From Sphingomonadaceae bacterium (GTDB taxonomy: Bacteria; Chloroflexota; UBA6077), in the NCBI GenBank assembly GCA_050261575.1, contig JBLNDL010000040.1, positions 1-46,275 of the forward strand: 46,275 nucleotides of DNA, in the 5' to 3' direction. The notes under the pieces were generated by a model. That model had not been told where the DNA came from and searched no databases. It saw only the letters and a program-made list of their open reading frames with translations. The position numbers and the translations under genes are program-made. How positions within the stretch are numbered: position 1 is the first letter of the stretch; the number at the start of each line of letters is the position of its first letter. This document shows, one piece after another, positions 35,190 through 44,755 of the stretch.

Positions 35190-36395
35190 ATGAGGTTGGT
35201 TCTACTGCTGCTACAGGCAGCGCTAGTGTGGGTGGTCTCTCTGGCCGTGGCGGTGCGGCTGGCGAGGCCCTCCGTCCCCCCGCCCGCTGCCGAGGCGGGC
35301 AGGCCCCAGGCCATCAGCTACGGCCAGGTGCGCCACCTCGCGCTGTCCCTGGCGTTCCTGGTGGCAGGCCTCTGGCTGCTATATCGCTTCGCCGCCGAGA
35401 CCGCGCAGGTGCTCACACTCCTGTCGGTCTCCCTCGTTCTCGCCATCGCGCTCCGGCCGACCGTCGAGCGGCTCCACGCCGTCCGCCTCCCGGTGGTCAA
35501 CCGGGGGATCCCCCGGCCGATGGCGATCCTGCTGATCTACCTGCTTCTCGCCTCTGTCGCCGTGGGGATCGGAATCCTGGTGATACCCAACGTGATCTCG
35601 GAACTGCAGAGCCTGGTGTTCAGCTTCCCGATGCTCGTGGGTTACGTCGACCGCGCGGTCCAGGACCTGCAGCAATACCCCTTCGTACCCGACCTGTCCG
35701 GAATACCGGAGCGGCTGCTCAGCCAGTTGATCGGCGGCCTCTCCCAGGCCCTGAACCTCCTGGTGTTCGCCGTCAACGTGATCACCAGCTTTCTCTCCTC
35801 GGTACTGGTGCTGGTGGTGACCTTCTTCCTGATCATGGACGCCGAGGACCTCCACAGCCACATGATCTCGCTGGTCCCGCCCGACCGGAGGGAGCAGGCG
35901 CGGAGAATGACCGCCAGGATGGGCAACAAGATCGAGGGGTGGCTGAAGGGAACGCTGCTGCTGTCGGCTTTCATCGGGGCAGGGACCGCGCTGGGTATGT
36001 GGGCGCTCGGCATGCCCTACCCTCTGTTGCTCGGACTGGTCGCCGGACTGTTCGAGCTGGTGCCGATGGTCGGGGCATATCTTGGTGCGGCACCGGCGGT
36101 GATCATAGCTCTCTTCGAACCCACCTGGAGGCTGATCGCGGTGGTGGTCTTCTTCGTCGCCCTCCAGCAGTTGGAGAACAACGTGCTGGCGCCCACGGTC
36201 ATGAGCAAGCAGGTGGAGCTGTCCCCGCTACTCACCATCGTGGCATTGGTGCTGGGTGCAGCGGTGAAGGGACTGATCGGGGCGCTGCTGGCGATACCGG
36301 TGGCCGCCATCTTGAACGTGCTGTGGACGGACCTGGTGGTGCCGGAGATCAAGAAGCGCTACGGGGAGGGGGGGGCCAGCGCCTCCTCGCCTTGA
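35190..36395 (+). CDS. AI-2E family transporter
   Basis: LAIALRPTVERL, ELVPMVGAYLG, QQLENNVLAPTVM and GLIGALLAIPVAA motifs. Confidence 0.92.
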   Translation: MRLVLLLLQAALVWVVSLAVAVRLARPSVPPPAAEAGRPQAISYGQVRHLALSLAFLVAGLWLLYRFAAETAQVLTLLSVSLVLAIALRPTVERLHAVRLPVVNRGIPRPMAILLIYLLLASVAVGIGILVIPNVISELQSLVFSFPMLVGYVDRAVQDLQQYPFVPDLSGIPERLLSQLIGGLSQALNLLVFAVNVITSFLSSVLVLVVTFFLIMDAEDLHSHMISLVPPDRREQARRMTARMGNKIEGWLKGTLLLSAFIGAGTALGMWALGMPYPLLLGLVAGLFELVPMVGAYLGAAPAVIIALFEPTWRLIAVVVFFVALQQLENNVLAPTVMSKQVELSPLLTIVALVLGAAVKGLIGALLAIPVAAILNVLWTDLVVPEIKKRYGEGGASASSP

Positions 36396-36476
36396 CCAAG
36401 CCACCCACGGTTGATAGAATCGATGTATGGCAATCTTGCGGGCGCTGCACAGCCTCGCAGATTGCCCTGAATCGAT

Positions 36477-36549
36477 GCCCCTGTAGCTCAGAGGATAGAG
36501 CAGCGGTTTCCTAAACCGCGTGTCGGCTGTTCGAGTCAGCCCAGGGGTA
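36477..36549 (+). tRNA. tRNA-Arg (anticodon CCT)
   Basis: GCCCCTG/CAGGGGT acceptor stem, GCGGT-TTCCTAA-ACCGC anticodon arm and GTTCGAGT T-loop. CCA is not cleanly encoded. Confidence 0.94.
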
Positions 36550-36560
36550 CCCAATACGTA

Positions 36561-36596
36561 GGGGTCTGGAGTGTTTCCAGACCCTTTGTTTTGTGT
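36561..36596 (+). terminator. Terminator after tRNA-Arg
   Basis: GGGTCTGGA...TCCAGACCC followed by TTTGTTTTGT. Confidence 0.8.
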
Positions 36597-36630
36597 TATG
36601 TGATCACTCTGCGGAATGCAACCGTCCTGG

Positions 36631-36915
36631 TCACGAGTCCCCCTCAGCGGACTGGGTCTGCGCTGGCTCCGGAACTTCGCGCTCGGGCTCCTCGAAGAGC
36701 GCCAGGTGAGGGCTGTACCTGTACCTTCGGTTTCGGCGGCAGCCGGTGACCTCCCCCAGCCGTTCCTGGCGGTAGGCGGCGGTCTCCACCATGGCGGTGC
36801 CCAGGACGCAGTACTCGAGGTCGACGACGCTGGCACGCGCCCCCTCGATCCGGATCTCCTCTCGCCGCTTCCTGAAGACCGAGAGGCAGAAGCCGGTGCG
36901 GCTGGTGATCGCCCA
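36631..36915 (-). pseudogene. Start-less coding fragment ending in a Fic-family-like C-terminus
   Basis: Strong GC3 bias in frame; the tail LGEVTGCRRNRRYRYSPHLALF resembles Fic protein C-termini; no credible RBS or start codon. Confidence 0.4.
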
Positions 36916-37094
36916 TGATGCAAATGGCAGGTGAGACGTGGCGGACAAGGAACACCGCCTCCGTCCTCCAGTGTCGCAACGGGGCACCGATCGTGCTGAG
37001 ACCTGCGACTCCTGTTGCTCCGGCGCGGCTGCGACCTGGAGCAACAGGAACGGCGCCGGCAGGAGGGGCAGCAACCCTTGGAGGGGGCAGATCG

Positions 37095-37571
37095 GTGATC
37101 GACGCCGTCGACGTACTCGTGGAGATCCCGCGAGGCAGCCGCAACAAGTACGAGTACGATGAGGCCACGGGGCGCTTCCGCCTCGACAGGGTACTCTTCG
37201 CCTCCGTCCACTACCCCACGGAGTACGGCTTCGTAGTGGGAACCCGGGCCCCGGATGGCGACCCCTTGGACGCCATCGTGCTGACCTACGAGGCCACCTT
37301 TCCCGGCTGCGTCATTCCGGCCCGGCCTGTGGGCATCCTGGACATGCGGGACGAGAAGGGGATCGACCACAAGGTGCTCGCGGTCCCCATCGGGGATCCC
37401 CGATTCGACGAGATGAGGGACTTGGGAGACGTCCCGCACCACTGGCTGCTGGAGATAGAGAACTTCTTCGCCACCTACAAGACCCTCGAGGGTACAGTCA
37501 CCGAGGTATCCGGCTGGTTCGGGGCCGAGGTCGCCGAGCAGATCATCGAGGCCTGCAGGGAGAAGGTCTAG
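37095..37571 (+). CDS. ppa: Inorganic pyrophosphatase (family I)
   Basis: VEIPRGSRNKYEYD, LDRVL, YPTEYGF, DGDPLD, DHKVLAV and FFATYK motifs; GTG start at 37095. Confidence 0.95.
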   Translation: MIDAVDVLVEIPRGSRNKYEYDEATGRFRLDRVLFASVHYPTEYGFVVGTRAPDGDPLDAIVLTYEATFPGCVIPARPVGILDMRDEKGIDHKVLAVPIGDPRFDEMRDLGDVPHHWLLEIENFFATYKTLEGTVTEVSGWFGAEVAEQIIEACREKV

Positions 37572-37682
37572 CCGGCGGCCAACTACGGCATGGTTGTTGC
37601 AGCGGCCAGGAGAGAGGCCCCAGGCATCCATCGGGAGCAACCCGCCCTCCGCGTAGCGGCGCGGGAGAGAGGAGAGGTCGCG

Positions 37683-38594
37683 GTGAGGGTGATCATCACC
37701 GGGGGCACCGGCTTGATAGGCACCCCGCTAGCAGCGGGCCTGGCCTTCGACGGCGTTGAGGTCGTCGTCCTCAGCCGCGACCCCGAGCGGCATCCCGACC
37801 TTCCCAGGGGGGTGCGAGCCGAGAAATGGGACGCCCGAACCGCCACCGGTTGGAGTCACCTGGCCGATGGGGCCGACGCCATCGTCAACCTGGCTGGGGA
37901 GAGCCTCGCCGGAGGACCCTGGACCGAGGAGAGGAAGAGCAGGATCCTGCATAGCCGGCTGAACGCCGGACGGGCAGTGCTCCAGGCCGTGGAGTCAGCG
38001 GCCCAGAAACCTCGGGTCGTCGTGCAGGCCTCCGCCATCGGCTACTACGGCCCGAAGGGGGACGAGGAGGTCACGGAGGAGACCCCTCCCGGCAGCGATT
38101 TCCTGGCCCGAGTCTGCGTCGAGTGGGAGGCGTCCACCTCGCCGGTGGAGGAGATGGGCGTTCGCCGCGCGGTGATCCGAAGCGGCATCGTTTTGAGCAC
38201 CCGGGGCGGGGCGCTGCCCCGGCTGATGATGCCCTACAGGCTGTTCGTGGGGGGGCCGCTGGGAAGCGGGCGTCAGTGGTACTCCTGGATCCACATCGCC
38301 GACGAGGTGGCCGCCATACGCTTCCTGCTGGAGAACGAGTCGGCCCGAGGCCCCTTCAACCTCACGGCCCCCAACCCCGTGACCAACGCCCTCTTCAGCC
38401 GGCTGCTTGGCCGGGCGCTGGGCCGCCCGTCCCGGGTCCGCACCCCGGCCTTCGCCCTGTGGCTCCTACTGGGCGAGATGGCCACGACGGTGCTGAACGG
38501 GCAGCGGGTGATTCCTCGACGGCTGCAATCCCTCGGCTTCGCCTTCCGGTTCCCGCACCTGGAGGCCGCCCTGCGAGACCTCTTTCAAGTCTGA
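37683..38594 (+). CDS. TIGR01777 (YfcH-like) NAD(P)-dependent epimerase/oxidoreductase
   Basis: ITGGTGLIG, VNLAGE, ASAIGYYG, GGPLGSGRQWYSWIH and GPFNLTAPNPV motifs. Confidence 0.93.
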   Translation: MRVIITGGTGLIGTPLAAGLAFDGVEVVVLSRDPERHPDLPRGVRAEKWDARTATGWSHLADGADAIVNLAGESLAGGPWTEERKSRILHSRLNAGRAVLQAVESAAQKPRVVVQASAIGYYGPKGDEEVTEETPPGSDFLARVCVEWEASTSPVEEMGVRRAVIRSGIVLSTRGGALPRLMMPYRLFVGGPLGSGRQWYSWIHIADEVAAIRFLLENESARGPFNLTAPNPVTNALFSRLLGRALGRPSRVRTPAFALWLLLGEMATTVLNGQRVIPRRLQSLGFAFRFPHLEAALRDLFQV

Positions 38595-38837
38595 CACCCC
38601 TGTGTGGTCAGGCCGCAGGGGCAGTCCCCCGAGCAAGCGATGTGCTGTGAGGTGACACCCCTGTCCGGGCAGGCGACAGAGAGGACGCGGAGTGTCTGCT
38701 ATCTCCTCAGCAGTCACCGGTTGGCATGCGCTGCTCCTCGGGCGGGATCACGGTGTCTTTCGAGAACCGGACCGCACGGTCCGTTAGAGAGATCAACGTC
38801 TTCGGGAACCGCCATCCCTCGACACACCCCCTGCGGC

Positions 38838-38874
38838 GTGATGTAATTCGCACATTCTGTGCGAAATCTATCAC
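38838..38874. promoter_or_regulatory. Palindromic operator upstream of the DUF3796-XRE operon
   Basis: GTGATGTAATTCGCACA-TTC-TGTGCGAAATCTATCAC: two inverted GTG-N10-CAC boxes. Confidence 0.6.
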
Positions 38875-38892
38875 ACACGAGGGGGCTGGCAG

Positions 38893-39222
38893 GTGAGGCG
38901 CAGTTGGCTTCGGTTCCTCGGGTTTCTCGGACTTCTGGGGTTGCTCAGTCTGGTCACTTCCAACCCCGGCTTCGCGGGGTTCTTCGGGTTCTTCGGGTTC
39001 TTCGTCTATTGGAGCCTCGTGGACGACGAGAGGCTCCAGATCAACACTGCCAGGGCGGCGAGAAACGCCTTCGTGTCCGCGCTGGTAGCCTACCCTGCGA
39101 TCGTCGTCTACGGAGCCTTCGTCCCGGGGATGGCGCTGCAGGCTTACGCGATCGGCTTCGCGCTTCTCTTCACCCTGCAGATACTGGTCTTCAGCCTTTC
39201 GCTTGCGTACTACGAGCGCTAG
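38893..39222 (+). CDS. DUF3796-like small membrane protein
   Basis: [10 protein letters not shown]...GFFGFFGFF...DERL..N..RAARNAF pattern. Confidence 0.78.
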   Translation: MRRSWLRFLGFLGLLGLLSLVTSNPGFAGFFGFFGFFVYWSLVDDERLQINTARAARNAFVSALVAYPAIVVYGAFVPGMALQAYAIGFALLFTLQILVFSLSLAYYER

Positions 39223-39236
39223 GACAGGAGACGAAG

Positions 39237-39440
39237 ATGGCACTGAGGACCAGGATCAGGGAGTTCAGGGCCAGGGACAACCTCACTCAGGAAGACCTGG
39301 CGAGACTGGTGGGAGTGAGAAGGGAAACCATAGTCCACCTCGAAAAGGGAGACTACAACCCCTCCCTCAAACTGGCGGTCGAAATAGCCAGGGTGTTCGG
39401 GACCACGGTCGAAACGCTGTTCTCCTTCACTGACGACTAA
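39237..39440 (+). CDS. XRE-family HTH transcriptional regulator
   Basis: [49 protein letters not shown]. Confidence 0.93.
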   Translation: MALRTRIREFRARDNLTQEDLARLVGVRRETIVHLEKGDYNPSLKLAVEIARVFGTTVETLFSFTDD

Positions 39441-39558
39441 GCAGAAACCTCCAGATGGAGCGCACGTTTCCCGCTGGAGACGACGACTGCAACGACGCCC
39501 GACTCCGTAGCGGTGAAGACGCCGCCGATGATGCCACCGACTAGAGACAGGTGCCGAG
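39437..39558 (+). mobile_element. Inverted-repeat element (copy C) enclosing a DctM-like gene fragment
   Basis: The left 44 bp match copy A and the right end is CTAGAGACAGGTGCCGAG. The interior minus strand encodes VGGIIGGVFTATESGVVAVV. Confidence 0.6.
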
Positions 39559-39680
39559 CACACAATAGCGAGCGTCCATTGGATTCACCATACTCTTCTA
39601 CTGATTGACAGGGACGGCGGTGATGGCCGATCCTTGATCCAGCATCCTCGGCTGGATAGCCTGACAGGAGGAGTGGCCAC

Positions 39681-39878
39681 ATGAGCACGTCGACAGATCC
39701 ACAGGGCAACAGGGAAGGGGCCCTCTCCGCCCCGATGGGTGGGATTCCGCTACGCCCCGAGCGGCTGGCGGAGATCGCCAGAGAGTGGCAGGCGACCGCA
39801 GCGAGCCTTCGTCGGATGGACGAACTGAAGCTGGGGGAGATCGAGCCCGCAACCCTCTTCGTCTGGGAGGAGGAGTGA
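39681..39878 (+). CDS. Small amidase-partner protein (AtzG/GatC-like)
   Basis: 65 aa; AGGAGGAG RBS; C-terminal EPATLF; ends 2 nt before the amidase start. Confidence 0.7.
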   Translation: MSTSTDPQGNREGALSAPMGGIPLRPERLAEIAREWQATAASLRRMDELKLGEIEPATLFVWEEE

Positions 39879-39880
39879 CG

Positions 39881-41311
39881 ATGAGCAGCCAGGAGTTGTG
39901 CTTCCTCACGGCGGCGCAGCAGTCGAGGCTGATCCGCAGCAAGGAGGTATCTCCGGTAGATGTGGTGGAGTCCACCCTGCGGCAGATCGAGCGGGTCGAC
40001 GGCCGGGTCAACGCCTACATCACGGTCATGGGAGAATCGGCACTCGAAGCAGCGCGGGAGGCGGAGAGGGAGATCGCCCGCGGCAACTGGCGTGGCCCCC
40101 TCCACGGCATCCCCATCGCCCTGAAGGACATCATCTACGTCAGAGGGGTGCGGAACACGGCAGGATCCAGCATCCTGAAGGACTTCGTACCGAGCGAGGA
40201 TGCCACCGTCACGACCCGCCTGCGGCAGGCCGGCGCGATCATCGTGGGCAAGAACAACATGCACGAGTTCGCCTTCGGCCCGCTGAACACCAACCCCCAC
40301 TTTGGAGACGCCCACAACCCCTGGGACCTGGAGAGGGTGACAGGCGGGTCCAGCGGTGGCTCCGCCGCCGCCGTGGCCGCCTCGATGTGCAGCGCCGCGC
40401 TGGGCACCGACACCGGGGGCTCCATACGGATTCCGGCGGCCTTCTGCGGGGTGTTCGGCATCAAGCCGACCTACGGGCGGGTGAGCCGGTACGCCGTCAC
40501 CCCCTGCGCCTGGTCGCTGGACAACGTCGGCCCGCTCACCAGGACCGCAGAGGACTCGGCACTGGTGCTGTCCGCCATCGCCGGATGGGATCCGAAGGAT
40601 CCTGCCAGCAGCCGGAAGCCCGTGCAGGACTACGCTGCGGCGCTGTCGCAGCCGGTCTCGGGGCTGAAGGTAGCCGTGCTCAGGGAGTATGTCACCGACC
40701 CCCTGGAACCTGCGGTGGTGGCGGGGTTCCGGTCGGCGCTGGAGGTGCTGCGGAGCCTCGGCATGGCGGTGGAGGAGGTGTCGATCCCCGAGGTGAATGC
40801 CGCCATCGGTGCATCCACGGCGATCCTCTTCGCGGAGGTTGCCGCCTACCACCAGGAGGACCTGCGCACTCGGCAACAAGACATCGGACCCGACGTCAGG
40901 TCACGCCTGGAGCAGGGATCGCTGATCGCCGCCACCGATTACGTCAACGGCCAGCGAGTCCGTCGCCTGCTGATCGACCGCTTCCGTGCGCTGATGAAGC
41001 AGTACGACGCAGTGGTCTGCCCCACGGAGCCGGCCACCGCCCCACGTCTGGACCAAGAGATCGTGCAGTACGAGGGCTTCGCGGAGCCGAGGGGCGCCAC
41101 CGCCACACGCCACACCCGATTGTTCAACCTGACCAGCCAGCCGGCGGCCAGCGTCCCTTGCGGTTTCGCCCCCAACGGTCTGCCCATAGCGATGCAGATC
41201 GCTGCGGCGCCCTTCGACGAGACGACCGTGCTGCGCATCGCCCACGCCTACCAGCAGGCCACCGACTGGCACCTGAAGACCCCGCCGGTGGCCGCACCGG
41301 CTCACGACTAG
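39881..41311 (+). CDS. Amidase-signature family enzyme (GatA/AtzE-like)
   Basis: GPLHGIPIALKD, GGSSGGSAAAVA and GTDTGGSIRIPA motifs. Confidence 0.95.
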   Translation: MSSQELCFLTAAQQSRLIRSKEVSPVDVVESTLRQIERVDGRVNAYITVMGESALEAAREAEREIARGNWRGPLHGIPIALKDIIYVRGVRNTAGSSILKDFVPSEDATVTTRLRQAGAIIVGKNNMHEFAFGPLNTNPHFGDAHNPWDLERVTGGSSGGSAAAVAASMCSAALGTDTGGSIRIPAAFCGVFGIKPTYGRVSRYAVTPCAWSLDNVGPLTRTAEDSALVLSAIAGWDPKDPASSRKPVQDYAAALSQPVSGLKVAVLREYVTDPLEPAVVAGFRSALEVLRSLGMAVEEVSIPEVNAAIGASTAILFAEVAAYHQEDLRTRQQDIGPDVRSRLEQGSLIAATDYVNGQRVRRLLIDRFRALMKQYDAVVCPTEPATAPRLDQEIVQYEGFAEPRGATATRHTRLFNLTSQPAASVPCGFAPNGLPIAMQIAAAPFDETTVLRIAHAYQQATDWHLKTPPVAAPAHD

Positions 41312-41327
41312 ACAGGGAGGTCCACCG

Positions 41328-41999
41328 ATGGCCGATACGTTAGCCCTGATTCACACCGTGCCCCCGCTCCTGGAGGTCTTCAACCGGTTGGGCGCCGAGA
41401 TCCTGCCCGACGTCAGGCGCATCCACCTGCTGGACGAGTTCGTCCTGGAGAGGGTGCGGCAGCGTGGCCATCTGGCGCCCGAGGACTCGGAGAGGGTGGC
41501 CCAGCACGCCCGGGCGGCGGAGGAGATCGGGGCCAACCTCATTCTGGTCACCTGCTCCACCATCTCACCCTGCGTCGATCACGCTCGCAAGGCGGTCCGA
41601 GTTCCGATCGTCAAGATCGACGACGCCATGATCGCCAAGGCGGTCTCCCTGGGGTCCCGGCTGGGGGTGGTGGCCACCAACCATGCCACGTTGGAGCCCA
41701 CACGGCGGGCGATCCAATCCCAAGCGGAGCAGATGGGTCGGAAGGTCGATGTTGAGTTGGTGCTGGTGGACCACGCCCTCGCCGCCCTCATGAGCGGCGA
41801 CGGCGCTACCCACGATCTGCTGGTCTCGCAGGCCGTCCAGAGGATAGCCCCAGGCGTCGACGCCGTGGTACTGGCTCAGGCGTCCATGGCCAGGGTGTTG
41901 GAGGCGATTCCGGAATCCGAGCGGCCGGTGCCGATCCTCTCGAGCCCTCACCTGGCGCTGGAGCAGGTGAAGCTGGCGTTGGCCGGCCACCCGGCGTAG
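41328..41999 (+). CDS. Asp/Glu/hydantoin racemase family protein
   Basis: LIHT, LVTCSTI, VKIDDAM, TLEPT and LAQASMA motifs. Confidence 0.85.
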   Translation: MADTLALIHTVPPLLEVFNRLGAEILPDVRRIHLLDEFVLERVRQRGHLAPEDSERVAQHARAAEEIGANLILVTCSTISPCVDHARKAVRVPIVKIDDAMIAKAVSLGSRLGVVATNHATLEPTRRAIQSQAEQMGRKVDVELVLVDHALAALMSGDGATHDLLVSQAVQRIAPGVDAVVLAQASMARVLEAIPESERPVPILSSPHLALEQVKLALAGHPA

Positions 42000-42148
42000 T
42001 AGGGCAGGGGACCGGCGCCACCCGGCCCTTTGCCGCGCGGCGCCGGTCCCGTCCGTAGGAGCCGCCTCCTGGCAGCGACCCGGTCGCCAGCTAGGGTCGG
42101 CTCCTGCTGCTCTTACACAGAGGAGGATCTGACTACCAGCAGTCGCCG

Positions 42149-42556
42149 CTACATCTGCTGGAGAAGGCTCCGTACTCGGTCGACTATCTGGTCGCGGATC
42201 TCCCGCACCCTCTCGATGGGCTGGCCGGCAGGGTCCACCAGCGCCCAGTCCTCCATCTTGCCCTTCGGCAGGAAGAGGGCGGGGCAGGACGCCTCCACGG
42301 AGCAGCCCATGGTGATGATGCGGTCGGCTCGGTCCACCATCTCCTGTGTCAGCAGCTTCGGCCTCGCCCTGGAGATGTCGATCCCCAACTCCTTCATGGC
42401 CTCCACGGCGGCGGGGCTGACCCTCTCCCCGGGCTCGATGCCCGCCGACCCCGCGATGGCCTGCCCCTCCGCCATACTGTTGAAGAGGGCCTCGGCCATC
42501 TGGCTGCGGCCGGAGTTGTGGACGCAGACGAAGAGCACCAGCTTCACAGGATTCAC
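42149..42556 (-). CDS. arsC: LMW-PTPase-type arsenate reductase
   Basis: LFVCVHNSGRSQMAEA P-loop, ITMGC...CP, DWALVDP and IRDQI motifs. Confidence 0.9.
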   Translation of the reverse strand: MNPVKLVLFVCVHNSGRSQMAEALFNSMAEGQAIAGSAGIEPGERVSPAAVEAMKELGIDISRARPKLLTQEMVDRADRIITMGCSVEASCPALFLPKGKMEDWALVDPAGQPIERVREIRDQIVDRVRSLLQQM

Positions 42557-42679
42557 GTTGAGCCTCCAGTCTCCCAGGTGTCACCACGATCGTAACGCAA
42601 ACGGTGGAGGCCCCGCCCGCACCCTCCCGGCGCGGGGGAGCGGACGCACAGGCCTGCCCCTAGCGACCTGTCGGACACT

Positions 42680-42817
42680 CTAAGCAGTTGGTCCTCGACC
42701 CGCCATTCCCGCGCTAGCGGGAATCCACGGCAGCCTAGCCGAGGGCCTGGATGCCGGATCGAGTCCGGCATGGCGGGGCGGGATCGAGGCGCACACTATT
42801 CGAGGCAAGCTGCTTAG
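42680..42817. repeat. Composite palindromic repeat with CTAAGCAG/CTGCTTAG ends
   Basis: Contains ATTCCC-N8-GGGAAT and ATGCCGGATCGAGTCCGGCAT hairpins; the right end overlaps the DUF1847 stop codon. Confidence 0.6.
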
Positions 42818-43446
42818 GGTTTCTGGCCCTCGTAAAGCCTCCTCTTGTAGTAGCCACCGCTGGTGTATATGGCGCCGATAGGGTTGTGGGCCATGACTCT
42901 GTCCTTGGCCACCAAGCAGGTCACCGGGGCGGCCGAGTGCTGGATGAAGAGGGTGTCGTGGCCCACGCAGAGGCCGAACAGGATGTTGAAGTCGGTTCGG
43001 TCCCTCTTCAGCACCTCGGCCTGGCCGATGGGGTTGCAGAGGGGCTCGTAGCTCCCGGGGCGCACCTTCTGGGAGTCGGCAATGCCAACTTCCTCTTTGG
43101 GAATGGACCCACACTTGCAGGCCGCCGAGGCCACCTCGAAACCGTTGGCCTCCAGGATGCGGGAGAGCATCTTGCCCTCCTCGCGCAGCCCCACGCAGAA
43201 TGCGACCCCCAGCCTCTTGTAGCCCATCCGTCGGGCGAACTGCATGGTCTCCTCGAGCCTCGTCCAGCGGACGTAGCCCTCTGCCTCCACCAGGGCCGAT
43301 TCCCGCGCCATCTGCCGCAGGGTTGGATCCTCCAGGAATCGGCGGGTGTCGGTTACGTCCCCGTCCCGCATGGGGCAGTTCTCTGGAGCCGCTTCCAGGT
43401 GGCCCGTCCGGCAGACGAACACTTTGCACTCGGCGCATCTAGCCAT
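42814..43446 (-). CDS. DUF1847 family Cys-rich putative metal-binding protein
   Basis: CAEC..C..NCP, TRLEE, GVAFCVGL, ACKCG, CNPIGQA, GLCVGHD and KDRVMAHNP motifs. Confidence 0.92.
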   Translation of the reverse strand: MARCAECKVFVCRTGHLEAAPENCPMRDGDVTDTRRFLEDPTLRQMARESALVEAEGYVRWTRLEETMQFARRMGYKRLGVAFCVGLREEGKMLSRILEANGFEVASAACKCGSIPKEEVGIADSQKVRPGSYEPLCNPIGQAEVLKRDRTDFNILFGLCVGHDTLFIQHSAAPVTCLVAKDRVMAHNPIGAIYTSGGYYKRRLYEGQKP

Positions 43447-43786
43447 CGGTGATGGAACCCCCTTCCGTTATTCTGTTATGCAGGAGTCCAGGTGCGCTTG
43501 ATGGTAGCAGCTATGGGCGGCTTGCGCCAAATCCTGGCGGGCTCGGCCGCTCCGCTAGCTCCAGCGTGAAGAGCGCATTCCCCAGCTTTGAGAGCGCGAA
43601 TGCCTGATATCCGTCGTAGTCCCTCTCCCCCTGGAGGTTTGTCCAGTCGATCCTCGCCCTCCGGTGAGCGCCGCAACTGACGCCATTCCGGCACGGCCTC
43701 CTCGCCTGCGGCGCAGAGTGTACCCAAGCGCGGGCACGGGTAGTATGATGGAGTCAATGCAGGCCAACAGCGCCAGGGAGGTAGAC

Positions 43787-44755
43787 ATGAAGCTGATCCG
43801 CGTCCATCAGTACGGTGGTCCCGAGGTCATGCGACTGGAGGAGGCGCCGGTGCCCGCCCCCGATCCCGGCGAGGCTCTCGTCAAGGTCGAGGCTATAGGG
43901 GTGAACTTCATCGACATCTACGTGCGTAGCGGTGCCTACAAGGGGAACCTGCCCCTCACGCCCGGCAACGAGGGCGCTGGCACCGTGGAGGCGGTCGGCC
44001 CGGGGGTAACGGAGGTGAAGGTGGGGGATCGAGTTGCCTGGGGCACCGCGCCAGGCTCCTACGCCGAGTACCATCTGGTGCCAGTGGCGAAGCTCGCGCC
44101 CATCCCCGACGGGGTCAGCTTCCAGCAGGCGGCCGCCGTGATGCTGCAGGGCATGACCGCCCACTATCTCTCCACCTCGACCTACCCCCTCAAGGAGGGC
44201 GATAGCTGCCTGATACACGCCGCAGCAGGGGGGCTGGGGCAACTGCTCTGCCAGATGGCGAAGATGCAAGGGGCGCGCGTCATCGGCACGGCGGGCAGCC
44301 CGGAGAAAGCCGAGATCGCCCGCCAGGCGGGGGCCGACGAGGTGGTGCTCTACCGCGAACAGGACTTCGTGGCAGCGGCAAGGCAGTTCACGGCTGGGTC
44401 CGGAGTCCGGGTGGTCTACGACACCGTGGGCAAGGACACCTTCGAGCGCGGCCTGGACGCCCTGGCCCGGCGTGGCTACATGGTCCTGGTCGGCCAGGCG
44501 AGCGGCCCAGTCCCGCCGATCGACCCACGGATCCTGAACGTCAAAGGCTCCCTCTACCTCACGCGCCCCAGCCTCGTCGACTACACCGCGACTCGGGAGG
44601 AGCTGCTGAGCCGCGCCCGCGACGTCCTGAGATGGCTCCAGGCCGGAAAGCTGAGGGTCAAGGTGGACAGGGTCCTCTCCCTGGCGGAGGCGCCGGAGGC
44701 ACACCGAGCGCTGGCCGCCCGCGAGACCGCGGGAAAGGTGCTGCTGCTGCCCTGA
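43787..44755 (+). CDS. qor: NADPH:quinone oxidoreductase (zeta-crystallin type)
   Basis: GGPEVM, GVNFID, QGMTAHYL, HAAAGGLG, VYDTVGKDT and GSLYLTRPSL motifs; GGGAGG RBS. Confidence 0.93.
   Translation: MKLIRVHQYGGPEVMRLEEAPVPAPDPGEALVKVEAIGVNFIDIYVRSGAYKGNLPLTPGNEGAGTVEAVGPGVTEVKVGDRVAWGTAPGSYAEYHLVPVAKLAPIPDGVSFQQAAAVMLQGMTAHYLSTSTYPLKEGDSCLIHAAAGGLGQLLCQMAKMQGARVIGTAGSPEKAEIARQAGADEVVLYREQDFVAAARQFTAGSGVRVVYDTVGKDTFERGLDALARRGYMVLVGQASGPVPPIDPRILNVKGSLYLTRPSLVDYTATREELLSRARDVLRWLQAGKLRVKVDRVLSLAEAPEAHRALAARETAGKVLLLP

Noticed and set aside
33409..36549. Genomic island between the two tRNAs
   Set aside because: No integrase, att duplication or obvious compositional shift.
39881..41311. gatA call
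   Set aside because: There is no gatB, and the enzyme has a generic amidase sequence (HEFAFG rather than DEFAMG).
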